Of a stretch of 64,000 bases of DNA, positions 51,411 through 61,449 are shown in pieces (the first letter of the stretch is position 1; each line of letters begins with the position of its first letter). Source of the DNA: Gammaproteobacteria bacterium. GTDB lineage: Bacteria > Pseudomonadota > Gammaproteobacteria > Arenicellales > UBA868. Location of the stretch: assembly GCA_014239255.1 (NCBI GenBank), contig JAAZZE010000001.1:26414-90413 (forward strand), given 5' to 3'. The notes under the pieces were generated by a model. It searched no databases. It was not told the origin of the DNA and worked only from the letters and a program-made list of their open reading frames with translations. Made by a program: the position numbers and the translations under genes.

Positions 51411-52748
51411 ATGACATCTAGAAGAAATAAGGATCTCATCGGTCACAGTTTCATGTTTCCGCCGGAAGTGATGGATGATATTCACATCAAAGCGGAGCTT
51501 GGCCGTTACCGGATGCGGGGGTTTTCACTTTTCAAAAAAATTCCCAGTTGGGATGACTTAACCTTTTTGCCCGGCACTCTGACCCGTTTCGTCATCGAAG
51601 GCTATCGGGAAAAATGCCTGACTAAAACGATTATTGGACCTCGTGCTAAGCGGCCATTGGAATTGGATATACCCATCTACATCACCGGGATGAGCTTTGG
51701 TGCTTTATCCTATGAGGCTAAGACTGCACTGGCCCGCGGTGCAACCATGGCGGGTACGGCAACGTGTTCAGGAGAGGGCGGTATGATTCCTGATGAGCGA
51801 CGCTATTCGGAGAAATGGTTTTACCAGTGTATTCAGTCCCGTTATGGCTTTAACCCGCACCATCTTCGTTTAGCCGATGGATGCGAATTTTTTATTGGCC
51901 AAGGTTGTAAAGTCGGCTTGGGCGGCCATCTGATGGGGCAAAAAGTCACTGATCAAGTGGCAGAGATGCGCTCGCTCCCGGCTGGAATAGACCAACGATC
52001 ACCGGCTCGCCACCCAGACTGGCTGGGCCCGGACGATCTGTCACTGAAGATTCAGGAAATTCGAGAAGCAACTAACTGGGAAATTCCTATCCAGTTGAAA
52101 TTAGGCGCAGCGCGAGTTTATGACGATGTGCGTATGGCGGCTAAGACCGATCCGGACTCTATCTATATGGATGGTATGGAAGGAGGAACCGGTGCGGGAC
52201 CACATCTGGCAACCGAGGAAACCGGCGTGCCTGGCATAGCCGCGATCCGCCAGGCTCGGCAAGCGCTTGACGATGTCGGTAAATCAGGTGAGATCTCGCT
52301 GGTCTACGCCGGTGGGATCCGCAATGGTGGCGATGTGGCAAAGGCCTTGGCCCTTGGTGCAGATGCAATCGCGATCGGACACTCGGCCATGATGGCGCTG
52401 AACTGCAATAAAGATATTCCTGAGGCCGATTTTGAGAAAGAAATGGGTGTGGAAGCCGGTTACTGCTATCACTGCCATACCGGCCGTTGCCCGGTCGGTG
52501 TGGCCACGCAGGATCCCGAGTTGCGCAAACGACTGAATCCTGATGATGCCGCCGAGCGGGTGTACAACTTTTTGCACACCCTGACAATTGAGTGTCAGAT
52601 GTTGGCACGGGCCTGCGGCAAGACCAATGTGCATTCATTAGAGCCTGAGGACCTGGCCGCACTCACAATGGAGGCTTCGGCTCTGGCGCAGGTCCCACTG
52701 GCAGGCTCACAGCACACAGTCGGGCGTCCCGATATGAGTCGGTTCTAA
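51411..52748 (+). CDS. FMN-binding glutamate-synthase-like subunit (MgsC/GlxD-like)
   Basis: GMSFGALS, SGEGG, GQGCKVGLGG, DGMEGGTGA, GGIRNGGD, Fe-S motif CYHCHTGRCPVGV. Confidence 0.9.
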   Translation: MTSRRNKDLIGHSFMFPPEVMDDIHIKAELGRYRMRGFSLFKKIPSWDDLTFLPGTLTRFVIEGYREKCLTKTIIGPRAKRPLELDIPIYITGMSFGALSYEAKTALARGATMAGTATCSGEGGMIPDERRYSEKWFYQCIQSRYGFNPHHLRLADGCEFFIGQGCKVGLGGHLMGQKVTDQVAEMRSLPAGIDQRSPARHPDWLGPDDLSLKIQEIREATNWEIPIQLKLGAARVYDDVRMAAKTDPDSIYMDGMEGGTGAGPHLATEETGVPGIAAIRQARQALDDVGKSGEISLVYAGGIRNGGDVAKALALGADAIAIGHSAMMALNCNKDIPEADFEKEMGVEAGYCYHCHTGRCPVGVATQDPELRKRLNPDDAAERVYNFLHTLTIECQMLARACGKTNVHSLEPEDLAALTMEASALAQVPLAGSQHTVGRPDMSRF

Positions 52749-52758
52749 GGAGAGCATA

Positions 52759-53148
52759 ATGGCATACGAAAAAGACATTGATCATTTCATCAAGGGCGAC
52801 GGACTTGATTCTGAGCGCGAGCAAACCATAGGGCAGCACATCGGGTATCGCTACGACGTCAATCTGGTTCCGGATTACGATAGGCTGACGCCGTTTTTGA
52901 AGTCCTATATAGAAATAATGGGATGGAAAGATCTTAACTGGCTGGAAGATGTGCATATGGGCTACGAAGAAAGTCGCGCGGCCGTGTTTGATCGCAATAT
53001 TAACGGTTGGGTGACAGTGCCTCCCGAGATGGACCTCCCAGACAATCAGCAGGATAGGGATATGATTGCCCGGGAACTTCTTATCAAGTTTCAGATGTCC
53101 TCGCGCCATCCGATGGTCGACCTGAGAAAGGCTTACGCCAAGTTCTAG
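52759..53148 (+). CDS. hypothetical protein (129 aa) in the NMG-like operon
   Basis: AAGGAG RBS; starts 10 nt after the mgsC-like stop; no recognised domain. Confidence 0.85.
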   Translation: MAYEKDIDHFIKGDGLDSEREQTIGQHIGYRYDVNLVPDYDRLTPFLKSYIEIMGWKDLNWLEDVHMGYEESRAAVFDRNINGWVTVPPEMDLPDNQQDRDMIARELLIKFQMSSRHPMVDLRKAYAKF

Positions 53149-53471
53149 TTGCCCAATACGTTTGTGCGCCAGCGGCCCATCTGACGCCACAGGCTTAGTA
53201 ATGTCCTGATGACCGGTGAACCGGCTATGATGCAATAAGAGCCGCCTTTTTGACAGCCGCGCCAGTGGGTTTAAACTGACAGAAGGATGGCCGGTAGTGG
53301 GAAATATCCTTGGGGTATACAAATATCAGTTGCCCTTTCTTGACTACGCTGATATTTGCACTTATCCCATTAGGGGCTTGGTTAGCGTCGAGTTAGGTTT
53401 CAACGGTGATGCCGGTGCGGCGGGGAATCTTTTAACCTTTAGCCTCTAGTGGATGCAGAGATCATCAGACG

Positions 53472-54371
53472 ATGACAATTGATTACCGTGATATCGATGG
53501 CAAAGCAGTCGCCGCGACTATGCTCGCAGAGGTTACTGCAGGAGTTCAGGATTTGGTCGCTGCGAACTGGCAGCCACGCCTGATCTCTATCCGTATCGGC
53601 GATGACTCAGCGGTTAATCTTTATATCCGCAACCAGCAACGAAGTGCTCAAAAGGTTGGGATCGAGTTTGAGCAGAAACGCTTTCCAGAAGGTACCTCAG
53701 CAGGCGAAGTGCATGCGGTCATTTTGAATTTAAACGCTGACCCACGGGTGACCGGGATTATCTTGCAACGGCCGATTCCCGATGGACTGCCAATCCAAGA
53801 GCTTCAATCGGCTATTCATCCGTTAAAGGATGTTGAGGGCATGCATCCCACCTCCATTGGTAACATTGTGTACCGAAATCTCGAGCTCGGCCCATGTACG
53901 GCGATGGCGGCCGTGGAGTTGCTTAGGCAGACGGGAGTATCGCTGGAGGGTTTGGAGGCAACTGTTATTGGACACTCCGAGATCGTCGGCAAGCCCATTG
54001 CCTTTTTGTTGATGGCTGAAGGGGTGACTGTAACCGTCTGCCATCACCTGACCCGCGAGGTGGCTGTTCACACTCGCCGGGCCGATGCGGTATTTGTTGC
54101 AGTCGGAAAAGCGGGGCTGGTCAAAGGCGAAATGCTCAAGCCCGGCGCTGTCGTGGTGGATATCGGTATCAACCAGATTAAGGATGCCAGCGGCAACATC
54201 CAGGTTGTTGGGGACTGCGATTACGATGCCTGTCGCCAGGTCGCGGGCTGGATAACGCCCGTACCGGGCGGGGTTGGACCAGTTACGGTAGCTGTTCTTA
54301 TGCGTAATACACTTATCGCCGCCCGGCGATTAAAAAGCTCGTATACCGAGCACCTAAGTAACCATCTTTAA
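53472..54371 (+). CDS. folD: methylene-THF dehydrogenase/methenyl-THF cyclohydrolase
   Basis: IDGK, KDVEG.HP, PCT, GHSEIVGKP, DIGIN, TPVPGGVGPVTVA. Confidence 0.94.
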   Translation: MTIDYRDIDGKAVAATMLAEVTAGVQDLVAANWQPRLISIRIGDDSAVNLYIRNQQRSAQKVGIEFEQKRFPEGTSAGEVHAVILNLNADPRVTGIILQRPIPDGLPIQELQSAIHPLKDVEGMHPTSIGNIVYRNLELGPCTAMAAVELLRQTGVSLEGLEATVIGHSEIVGKPIAFLLMAEGVTVTVCHHLTREVAVHTRRADAVFVAVGKAGLVKGEMLKPGAVVVDIGINQIKDASGNIQVVGDCDYDACRQVAGWITPVPGGVGPVTVAVLMRNTLIAARRLKSSYTEHLSNHL

Positions 54372-54394
54372 TTAATCTTTAAAAAGGAAATTCC

Positions 54395-56071
54395 ATGGCT
54401 AGTGTTCCCAGTGATATTGATATTGCCCGCAAGGCGAAAACCCGACCGATTGGTGAAATCGGCGACAAACTTGGCATTCCGGTTGACTCATTACTCAACT
54501 ATGGTCCCACCAAGGCCAAGATCAGTAATGAGTTTATTGGATCTTTGAGTGATCGTCGTGACGGCAAACTGATACTGGTAACGGCGATATCGCCGACTCC
54601 GGCAGGCGAGGGCAAAACGACAACGACTGTGGGCCTGGGCGATGGCCTGAACCGGATTGGAAAAGATGCGTTGATCTGTTTACGGGAGCCCTCACTAGGG
54701 CCTTGTTTCGGTATGAAAGGCGGCGCGGCGGGTGGTGGCTATGCCCAAGTGGTCCCCATGGAAGATATCAACCTGCATTTTACCGGAGATTTTCATGCGA
54801 TCGGTGCTGCCCACAACTTGTTGTCGGCGTTGATTGAAAATCATATCTACTGGAGTAACGAACTCGGCATTGATCAGCGACGGGTAACCTGGAGAAGAGT
54901 TGTCGACATGAATGACCGGGCGCTTCGCCAGATCACGGTCGCGTTGGGTGGCGTCGCCAATGGGTTTCCTCGGGAAGGCGGCTTTGATATTACCGTTGCT
55001 TCAGAAATCATGGCAATATTTTGCTTGGCTGAAGATTTGGCCGATCTGCAGAGGCGGTTGGCCAATATTATTGTTGGCTACACCCGCGATCGCGAGCCGG
55101 TTCATGCTCGTGACCTCAAGGCGCAAGGGCCCATGACTGCCCTGCTGCGAGATGCATTTATGCCAAACCTGGTTCAGACGTTGGAAAACAACCCCGCCAT
55201 CATTCATGGAGGGCCGTTTGCCAATATTGCTCATGGGTGTAACTCAGTTCGAGCGACTAAAACAGCGCTCAAGCTTGCGAAGTATGTGGTGACCGAAGCT
55301 GGATTCGGTGCGGACCTTGGCGCAGAAAAGTTTTTTGATATCAAGTGCCGTAAAGCAGGTCTGAAGCCGGATGCTGTCGTACTGGTGGCAACTGCTCGAG
55401 CGCTTAAGATGCACGGCGGAGTCGCCAAGGCTGATCTTAGTGCTGAGAACGTCGGCGCATTGGTAGACGGCCTTGAAAACCTGGGACGTCATCTTCGTAA
55501 TATTGGGCAATTCGGGGTTCCTTCAGTCGTCGCAATCAATAAGTTCACAGCGGATACTTCCGCTGAACTTGATGCTATACGAACCTACTGCAGGGAATTT
55601 GGTGTCGAGGTATTTGAGTGCAATCACTGGGCTGATGGCGGCGCTGGTACCGAGGGATTGGCTCAACATGTTGCCGATCTCGCCGATTCAAAGAGTTCAC
55701 AGTTTCGTCCACTTTACCCGGATCACCTAACCTTGTGGGAAAAGGCGCGTACCGTGGCGCGAAACATTTACGGTGCGGATGACATCATCGCGGACAAAAA
55801 GGTCCGAGGGCAATTCGACGAGTTCGAGGAAAAATACGGTCATTTCCCGGTCTGCATGGCCAAAACACAATATAGTTTCTCCACAGATCCCAGCCTGCTT
55901 GGTGCTCCCACCGGCCATGTGGTTCCCATTAGAGAGTTACGCTTGTCTGCAGGGGCCGAATTTGTTGTTGCCATTTGTGGTGAAATCATGACAATGCCTG
56001 GATTGCCTCGAACACCGGCAGCTAACAGCATCTTTGTTAACGATGATGGGGAAATCGAAGGGTTATTCTAA
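54395..56071 (+). CDS. fhs: formate--tetrahydrofolate ligase
   Basis: [61 protein letters not shown]. Confidence 0.97.
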   Translation: MASVPSDIDIARKAKTRPIGEIGDKLGIPVDSLLNYGPTKAKISNEFIGSLSDRRDGKLILVTAISPTPAGEGKTTTTVGLGDGLNRIGKDALICLREPSLGPCFGMKGGAAGGGYAQVVPMEDINLHFTGDFHAIGAAHNLLSALIENHIYWSNELGIDQRRVTWRRVVDMNDRALRQITVALGGVANGFPREGGFDITVASEIMAIFCLAEDLADLQRRLANIIVGYTRDREPVHARDLKAQGPMTALLRDAFMPNLVQTLENNPAIIHGGPFANIAHGCNSVRATKTALKLAKYVVTEAGFGADLGAEKFFDIKCRKAGLKPDAVVLVATARALKMHGGVAKADLSAENVGALVDGLENLGRHLRNIGQFGVPSVVAINKFTADTSAELDAIRTYCREFGVEVFECNHWADGGAGTEGLAQHVADLADSKSSQFRPLYPDHLTLWEKARTVARNIYGADDIIADKKVRGQFDEFEEKYGHFPVCMAKTQYSFSTDPSLLGAPTGHVVPIRELRLSAGAEFVVAICGEIMTMPGLPRTPAANSIFVNDDGEIEGLF

Positions 56072-56106
56072 GGCTTTGGGTCTCACTGGTTTGTTGGGGC
56101 TTAGAT

Positions 56107-56135
56107 AAAACGCCAGCAATGCTGGCGTTTTCTTT
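56107..56135 (+). terminator. Rho-independent terminator after fhs
   Basis: AAAACGCCAGC-AAT-GCTGGCGTTTT-CTTT. Confidence 0.88.
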
Positions 56136-56295
56136 ACTGGATAGATCAACTAAATTAAAGGGAGGTTGATTCGCCCAGATCGTTTTCTGTGAGATAGGTG
56201 TTAAGGATTTTTAAGGATCGCCATGAGGTTACTGTTGATAGTCAAGCAGATGGTGCTTCAAATATTTTCAGCCATGATTGCTGTTATAAAAGTTA

Positions 56296-56967
56296 ATGTC
56301 AGTAAAACAAAAGATTAAATTTTATGCTGTTCCCGTTAGCACATATTGCGCCAGGGTGCGGATTATTTTGCGATTGAAATCTATTGATTTTGAAGAACTC
56401 CTACCACCTGGTGGCAATTACAATACAACTGAGTACCGAAGGTTAATTCCTGCGGGTTCCGTGCCCGCAATTGAAATCGGCGGGTTTCGCCTTCATGATT
56501 CGGCCGCAATTGCTGAGTTCCTGGACGAACAATATCCGGAACCGGCAATGTGGCCACAGAACGTTCAAAAACGCGCTGTATTACGATCGATTGCTCACTT
56601 TCACGATACTCGACTCGAGCCAGCGCTACGGGTGCTATTTCCAATGGTAGGGCAAAGTCCAGAGTCACCGGAGAAAATTACATCAGCGATTAATCACATC
56701 GTAGAGTGTCTAAAAAGACTCGATTCACTGGTTGAGCCTTCTCCGTACTTGGGAGGTGATCGATTATCTTTGGCAGATTGCGTTTATCCGACCACATTAT
56801 TCATGTTAGAAGATGTTGTTAACGCGCTGGAAAAAAAGATTACCTTACCCAGCAAGATATCTAATTGGCAAAAAGCACTCTATGACAATTTGATTGTTCG
56901 ACGTGTGGTAGACGACAACCGAGATGCCATATCAGCCTGGGTCCAGAAAAAATTGCTGTCTATTTAA
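56296..56967 (+). CDS. glutathione S-transferase family protein
   Basis: STYCARVRI, PAGSVPAI, DSAAIAEFLDE, LSLADC; AT-richer codons than the core genes. Confidence 0.88.
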   Translation: MSVKQKIKFYAVPVSTYCARVRIILRLKSIDFEELLPPGGNYNTTEYRRLIPAGSVPAIEIGGFRLHDSAAIAEFLDEQYPEPAMWPQNVQKRAVLRSIAHFHDTRLEPALRVLFPMVGQSPESPEKITSAINHIVECLKRLDSLVEPSPYLGGDRLSLADCVYPTTLFMLEDVVNALEKKITLPSKISNWQKALYDNLIVRRVVDDNRDAISAWVQKKLLSI

Positions 56968-57082
56968 TACGAATCAAAAAATGAGACATGGGAGGCGGGA
57001 TCGGGTATCCATGAGCAATATATTATCGTTCAATTAGTCCGAGTCGATAATTTGTTGTAGCACTTTATAATGGAACATATTT

Positions 57083-57859
57083 ATGGAACAAGAGGATAAG
57101 ATCATGACCGCTGAAAATTTCAATGGCCCTATGATATCTCTTAGTCGGGTGTCAAAAAATTTCGGACAATTCCAGGCACTGAATAAGGTAAGCCTGGAAA
57201 TTCAATCTGGTGAGCGGGTAGTTGTTTGTGGTCCATCAGGTTCTGGTAAGTCAACGATGATCCGATGTATTAATCGGCTTGAGGAGCATGACGAAGGCAC
57301 CATTATTGTCGATGGTATCGAGTTGACAGAAGACGTTAGAGATATCGCCAGCATCAGGCGTAATATCGGTATGGTTTTTCAACAGTTCAACCTGTTTCCC
57401 CACTTAACCGTGCTTGATAACTTGACTCTCGCTCCACTTAAGGCCAGAAAGATGTCCCGGTCCGAGGCAGCCAAGCTGGCTAAACATTACCTTGATCTTG
57501 TACATATCCCTGAGCAGGCCGAAAAATATCCCAGTCAGTTATCAGGCGGCCAACAACAAAGAGTAGCGATCGCAAGAAGCTTGTGTATGGAGCCAAAGAT
57601 CATGCTCTTCGATGAGCCAACGTCTGCACTCGACCCCGAGATGATCAAGGAGGTGCTCGACGTCATGATTGAGCTCGCCGAAGGGGGTATGACAATGATT
57701 GTGGTCACCCATGAAATGGGCTTTGCTAAACGAGCTGCAGACTCAATTGTTTTCATGGATAAGGGGGAAATCGTAGAGAGTGCGAACACCGAAGAATTTT
57801 TCGCTGCTCCAAAAAGTGACCGAACGAAACTGTTTTTATCCCAAATTCTAGAGCATTGA
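57083..57859 (+). CDS. polar amino acid ABC ATPase (GlnQ/AapP-like), orphan
   Basis: [42 protein letters not shown]; no permease or binding-protein gene adjacent. Confidence 0.92.
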   Translation: MEQEDKIMTAENFNGPMISLSRVSKNFGQFQALNKVSLEIQSGERVVVCGPSGSGKSTMIRCINRLEEHDEGTIIVDGIELTEDVRDIASIRRNIGMVFQQFNLFPHLTVLDNLTLAPLKARKMSRSEAAKLAKHYLDLVHIPEQAEKYPSQLSGGQQQRVAIARSLCMEPKIMLFDEPTSALDPEMIKEVLDVMIELAEGGMTMIVVTHEMGFAKRAADSIVFMDKGEIVESANTEEFFAAPKSDRTKLFLSQILEH

Positions 57860-58284
57860 TTTCTTGTTAAGGGTTGTTCTTGCTCTATCGTTACGACCCT
57901 CTAACTTTGGTGGCCTCAACTCCTCTACATCTGCAGCTACCCGAAATAACTGGCACCACGGCATGCAGAAATATAAGTCTATCCGGAGAGGAAAGCCCAC
58001 TGACTCCCCATTTAGGCCTTTCAAGAACTAGTTTTTCATGTGTAATTGGTCCGATTGGCATCGCCATGGTTGGCTGAGTTGGTCGCTCAACTGTGCGCCT
58101 CACAATGGATAAACATGCATACAATGCTCAAGGGACGATTGTGTTCGGCAATAAACACAAAAAGCTTGAGTCGGATAACATATAAGATCAGATGATTCTT
58201 CTGCTAACACCAAGTCTGGTACCGCCCTCGCTGATCAGAATTGTTCACGACTGGATAGGATGATGGAGCAAGTTTGAGATTGTT

Positions 58285-59382
58285 ATGGCCAAGGTAATCG
58301 CTAGACCAGGACTTCGAAAAATTCGTGACCATATGGTTAATTTTCCGAGTGACCTTCACTCGGAAAAACAGATCCTTCTGAATTCGAACGAAAGCGTGTT
58401 TGGACCGAGCGTAAATGTCGCATCTGCCATAAGATCCTCTTTAGATCGGGTAGAAAGGTATCCCGAAAATGCATCAGCCTCGCTCGCTCGAGCACTGAGT
58501 GCAAGGTTCAATCATCCTGCTGCACAAATCGTTTGTGGCCATGGCTCGGATGATCTGCTTGCTCGTCTGTCCAGAGCATATTTGGCGCCAGGTGACGAAT
58601 TGGTCTATTCCAGAAATGGGTATCCGAAAATACCAAACTATGCTTATGTTAATGATGCAATACCAGTCGCAGCGCCAGATCAGAATTTTGCAGTTGATGT
58701 TGATAGCATTCTCAGCGTCGTTACGGACAGAACACGGATCGTAATGATTGCAAATCCAGATAATCCGAGCGGAATGTACCTCTCTGAAGAGAGTATTAAT
58801 CGATTGCATAGTGGACTGCCAAACAACTGCCTGTTGGTTCTTGATTCTGCGTACGTGGAATATGTCGATGCGGCGGACTTCGGGCATCCGGCAGGGCTTG
58901 TCGAAAAAAGCGAAAACGTAGTGATGACCAGGACCTTTTCGAAAATATTTGGTTTGGCAGGGCTCAGGCTAGGGTGGATGTACGCGCCCGATAGTATTGC
59001 AAGTGTTGTTTCCAGTGTCGGCATTACATTTCCGGTTTCCACCACAGCGTTGGCAGCGGGTATCGTAGCCCTGCAAGACAAGACTCATACCGATAGGGTA
59101 TTCAAGTTGAACCTTGAAATTCGCGATGAATTTTCAAGTAAATTGAAGTGCCTTGGCCTTGAGGTTATTCCCAGTCAGACTAATTTTGTTCTCGTAGGAT
59201 TTCTTACGGGTTCAAAAACGGCGGTTGACGCTCACCGTTATCTAGAGGCCAATGGCATCATTGTGAGACGCTTAGCATCTCCTGCGTACAGCAATTACAT
59301 CCGCTTCACGATTGGAAGTCGAGAGGACATGGCCATAACGGTTGACTTTTTGAAAGACTTTTTATCTCAGAGAAAAGAATGA
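58285..59382 (+). CDS. HisC-family PLP aminotransferase
   Basis: LNSNES, RYP, GHGSDD, ANPDNPSG, DSAYVEY, RTFSKIFGLAGLRLGW. No his operon nearby, so the substrate is uncertain. Confidence 0.88.
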   Translation: MAKVIARPGLRKIRDHMVNFPSDLHSEKQILLNSNESVFGPSVNVASAIRSSLDRVERYPENASASLARALSARFNHPAAQIVCGHGSDDLLARLSRAYLAPGDELVYSRNGYPKIPNYAYVNDAIPVAAPDQNFAVDVDSILSVVTDRTRIVMIANPDNPSGMYLSEESINRLHSGLPNNCLLVLDSAYVEYVDAADFGHPAGLVEKSENVVMTRTFSKIFGLAGLRLGWMYAPDSIASVVSSVGITFPVSTTALAAGIVALQDKTHTDRVFKLNLEIRDEFSSKLKCLGLEVIPSQTNFVLVGFLTGSKTAVDAHRYLEANGIIVRRLASPAYSNYIRFTIGSREDMAITVDFLKDFLSQRKE

Positions 59383-59886
59383 TAAAACGGCAGAATACTG
59401 CGTAGAAAAATAACTGGCAGAGCGCACGCGATACTATCGAAATTAGCCAAAAAATGTGATTCTAATTTCTATCGATTGCATCGGACGTATCTTTTTGTTA
59501 CCTGGGTTAGGGACCTTCATATCTTTGATGCCAATCAGACAAGAATTCCAGAAAAGCTTTCGGGTCTGAAGTAAATATCGGGAAAAAGCCTGGCTTCAGT
59601 CCAGATAGCCAGTTGATGGGGTCTATTCAGGCGTGTCAAATAATCTAACCTTTAGAGCGCTTTGCAAAAAGAAGGTTTCGGATATCTACGGTATGATCCG
59701 ATAGTTTTTCGACACTTAGGGTTCTAATCATCGACCGGGAAGCCGTAGTGGGAGTCCTTTGAAATTCTGATTAGTTTCGACTTATATCCTGTTTTGGATC
59801 AACCTTAACCTTGGTCTATACTGTACGGATTCCCTATTGCGCATAAATTGTGAACGTGTACCAAACAACTGCTAAAGGATAACGTT

Positions 59887-60276
59887 GTGGCTAAGTCTTT
59901 CATGCAAATGGTTGAAGAGGCGAGGGCCGAAGTTGACAGTCTCGGCCCGGATGAAGCCCGGGAACGACTGGCACAGGACCCCGATGCCCTAGTAGTAGAT
60001 GTCCGGGATGCTGCGGATGTTTCATCCACCGGCTTGGCGCCAGGCGGTGTCAACATTTCTCTCGGTATGCTCCCAGTTAAAGCGGACCAGGAGTTGCCCG
60101 AAGAATGGCGCGACCCGAGGCTTCAGGATCGCTCTCGTCAGTTGATCCTTACCTGCCAGACTGGTGCAAATGCCGCCAGAGGAGCCAAGCTTCTTAAAGA
60201 TATGGGCTTCACCAACGTTTCCGTGATGGACGGGGGTATGGAAGCCTGGAAAGCCGCTGGCCTGCCAACAGAATAG
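59887..60276 (+). CDS. single-domain rhodanese-like protein
   Basis: VVDVRD, active-site loop CQTGANA, MGFTNV...GGMEAWKAAGLP. Confidence 0.88.
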   Translation: MAKSFMQMVEEARAEVDSLGPDEARERLAQDPDALVVDVRDAADVSSTGLAPGGVNISLGMLPVKADQELPEEWRDPRLQDRSRQLILTCQTGANAARGAKLLKDMGFTNVSVMDGGMEAWKAAGLPTE

Positions 60277-60300
60277 CATCGCACCCAGGGTGCTATAGAT

Positions 60301-61146
60301 TTATATCGCCGAAAAGATATCTCCTGCCATAGCTTTGGTATTCTTGTTGTAGAAAAGCACCGTGTCGGCTTCGGCTGACGTTATCGCCACGGTGATCGCA
60401 TGCTCGCCGACGATTGTTCCATCGCCATGAATGGTATTGGCGGGTGTATGCAGGGCATATCCGTAAGGAATCCTAAACGCGGTGAAGTTGAACTCGTCGG
60501 CTGAGAGTCTCTTGCCGATGGTCATGTAGCCACCACAATCGACAGACAGAGGCGCATGAATATGTGGGAAATTATGGGTCTCTACAAAATAACCGCCTCC
60601 TCCTGCCACCTCGGTTAAGAAATCATTTCGATAGTTTTTGGCGTAACGGTATTTTGTCAGCACCATGGAAAATTCGTCTGACAAAAGCTCGAATGCCTGG
60701 CCATTTTCAACCAGTGTGAGGCCGTAGTACGTGACATTCTCCTTAGTCGCTGTGACTACTGGGATTCGAAAACCATCTGGTACTAAAATCGCCCCGAATT
60801 CTTGGAATACATTGGCATTGCCGCCCGCTTGTATGTTGAGGCCACTTTGCCGGGCATCGCCAGGTTTGTACCACGCAGCCTTGACTGACGCCATATCCGG
60901 CCTGTCGGAGCCATTGCTCTTCGCACGAGTCTGACTGTCGGTACTGTGAACAAGTATCTCGGTTTCAGCGAGCACCAACTTCCAGCTTGTCGTTCCGTGC
61001 TCCACGAATGTCAGACCGCTATCGGTCTGCAAGACTTCGTCATCTTGATCCTGAACCGAAAATCGGGAAATAATAATACTCTCGAATATTTCACGAGATT
61101 CGTCCGTCAAATCGAAGTGAATGGGATGCCCTTGAATCTCGGTCAT
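60301..61146 (-). CDS. hypothetical protein, C-terminal half ureidoglycolate-lyase/cupin-like
   Basis: ATKENVTYYG, FVETHNFPH and AFRIPYGYALHTPANTIH parallel the AllA pattern (T.E.F..YG, LERH, AF...G...GTWH) as recalled. Confidence 0.6.
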   Translation of the reverse strand: MTEIQGHPIHFDLTDESREIFESIIISRFSVQDQDDEVLQTDSGLTFVEHGTTSWKLVLAETEILVHSTDSQTRAKSNGSDRPDMASVKAAWYKPGDARQSGLNIQAGGNANVFQEFGAILVPDGFRIPVVTATKENVTYYGLTLVENGQAFELLSDEFSMVLTKYRYAKNYRNDFLTEVAGGGGYFVETHNFPHIHAPLSVDCGGYMTIGKRLSADEFNFTAFRIPYGYALHTPANTIHGDGTIVGEHAITVAITSAEADTVLFYNKNTKAMAGDIFSAI

Positions 61147-61449
61147 ACTAACTTCCTGCTAAATGAGTGAGACCGATTGTATCCCATCTTTTTGGTGGTT
61201 AATAAACTCGATAGGACCATAATGTATGCGCTCATAGTTGGTCTTTTAGATATGACAGAAAGGAAGACTCTTTGATTGCTCGTGGCGAACGGATCAGATG
61301 ATGCGGTCAGGGAGTGAGCAAATAAGCCATAGGAAGCGGCACAGGCGCGATGGAGTGCAACCAGAATTGCAAAACATTTGTATTGCCATTTTGCGGGCTA
61401 AGATAATACTACGCTGCAACGACAGCTCAGAACAACGCTATTCAGCGGA

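Noticed and set aside
49621-52748. Annotation as ordinary glutamate synthase (gltB fragments or pseudogene)
   Set aside because: Three intact, coupled genes match the split MgsABC/GlxBCD architecture; there is no gltD and no frameshift evidence.
53149-53471. ZTP (pfl) or THF riboswitch before folD-fhs
   Set aside because: The conserved motifs were not found by eye; only an inverted repeat, reported separately.
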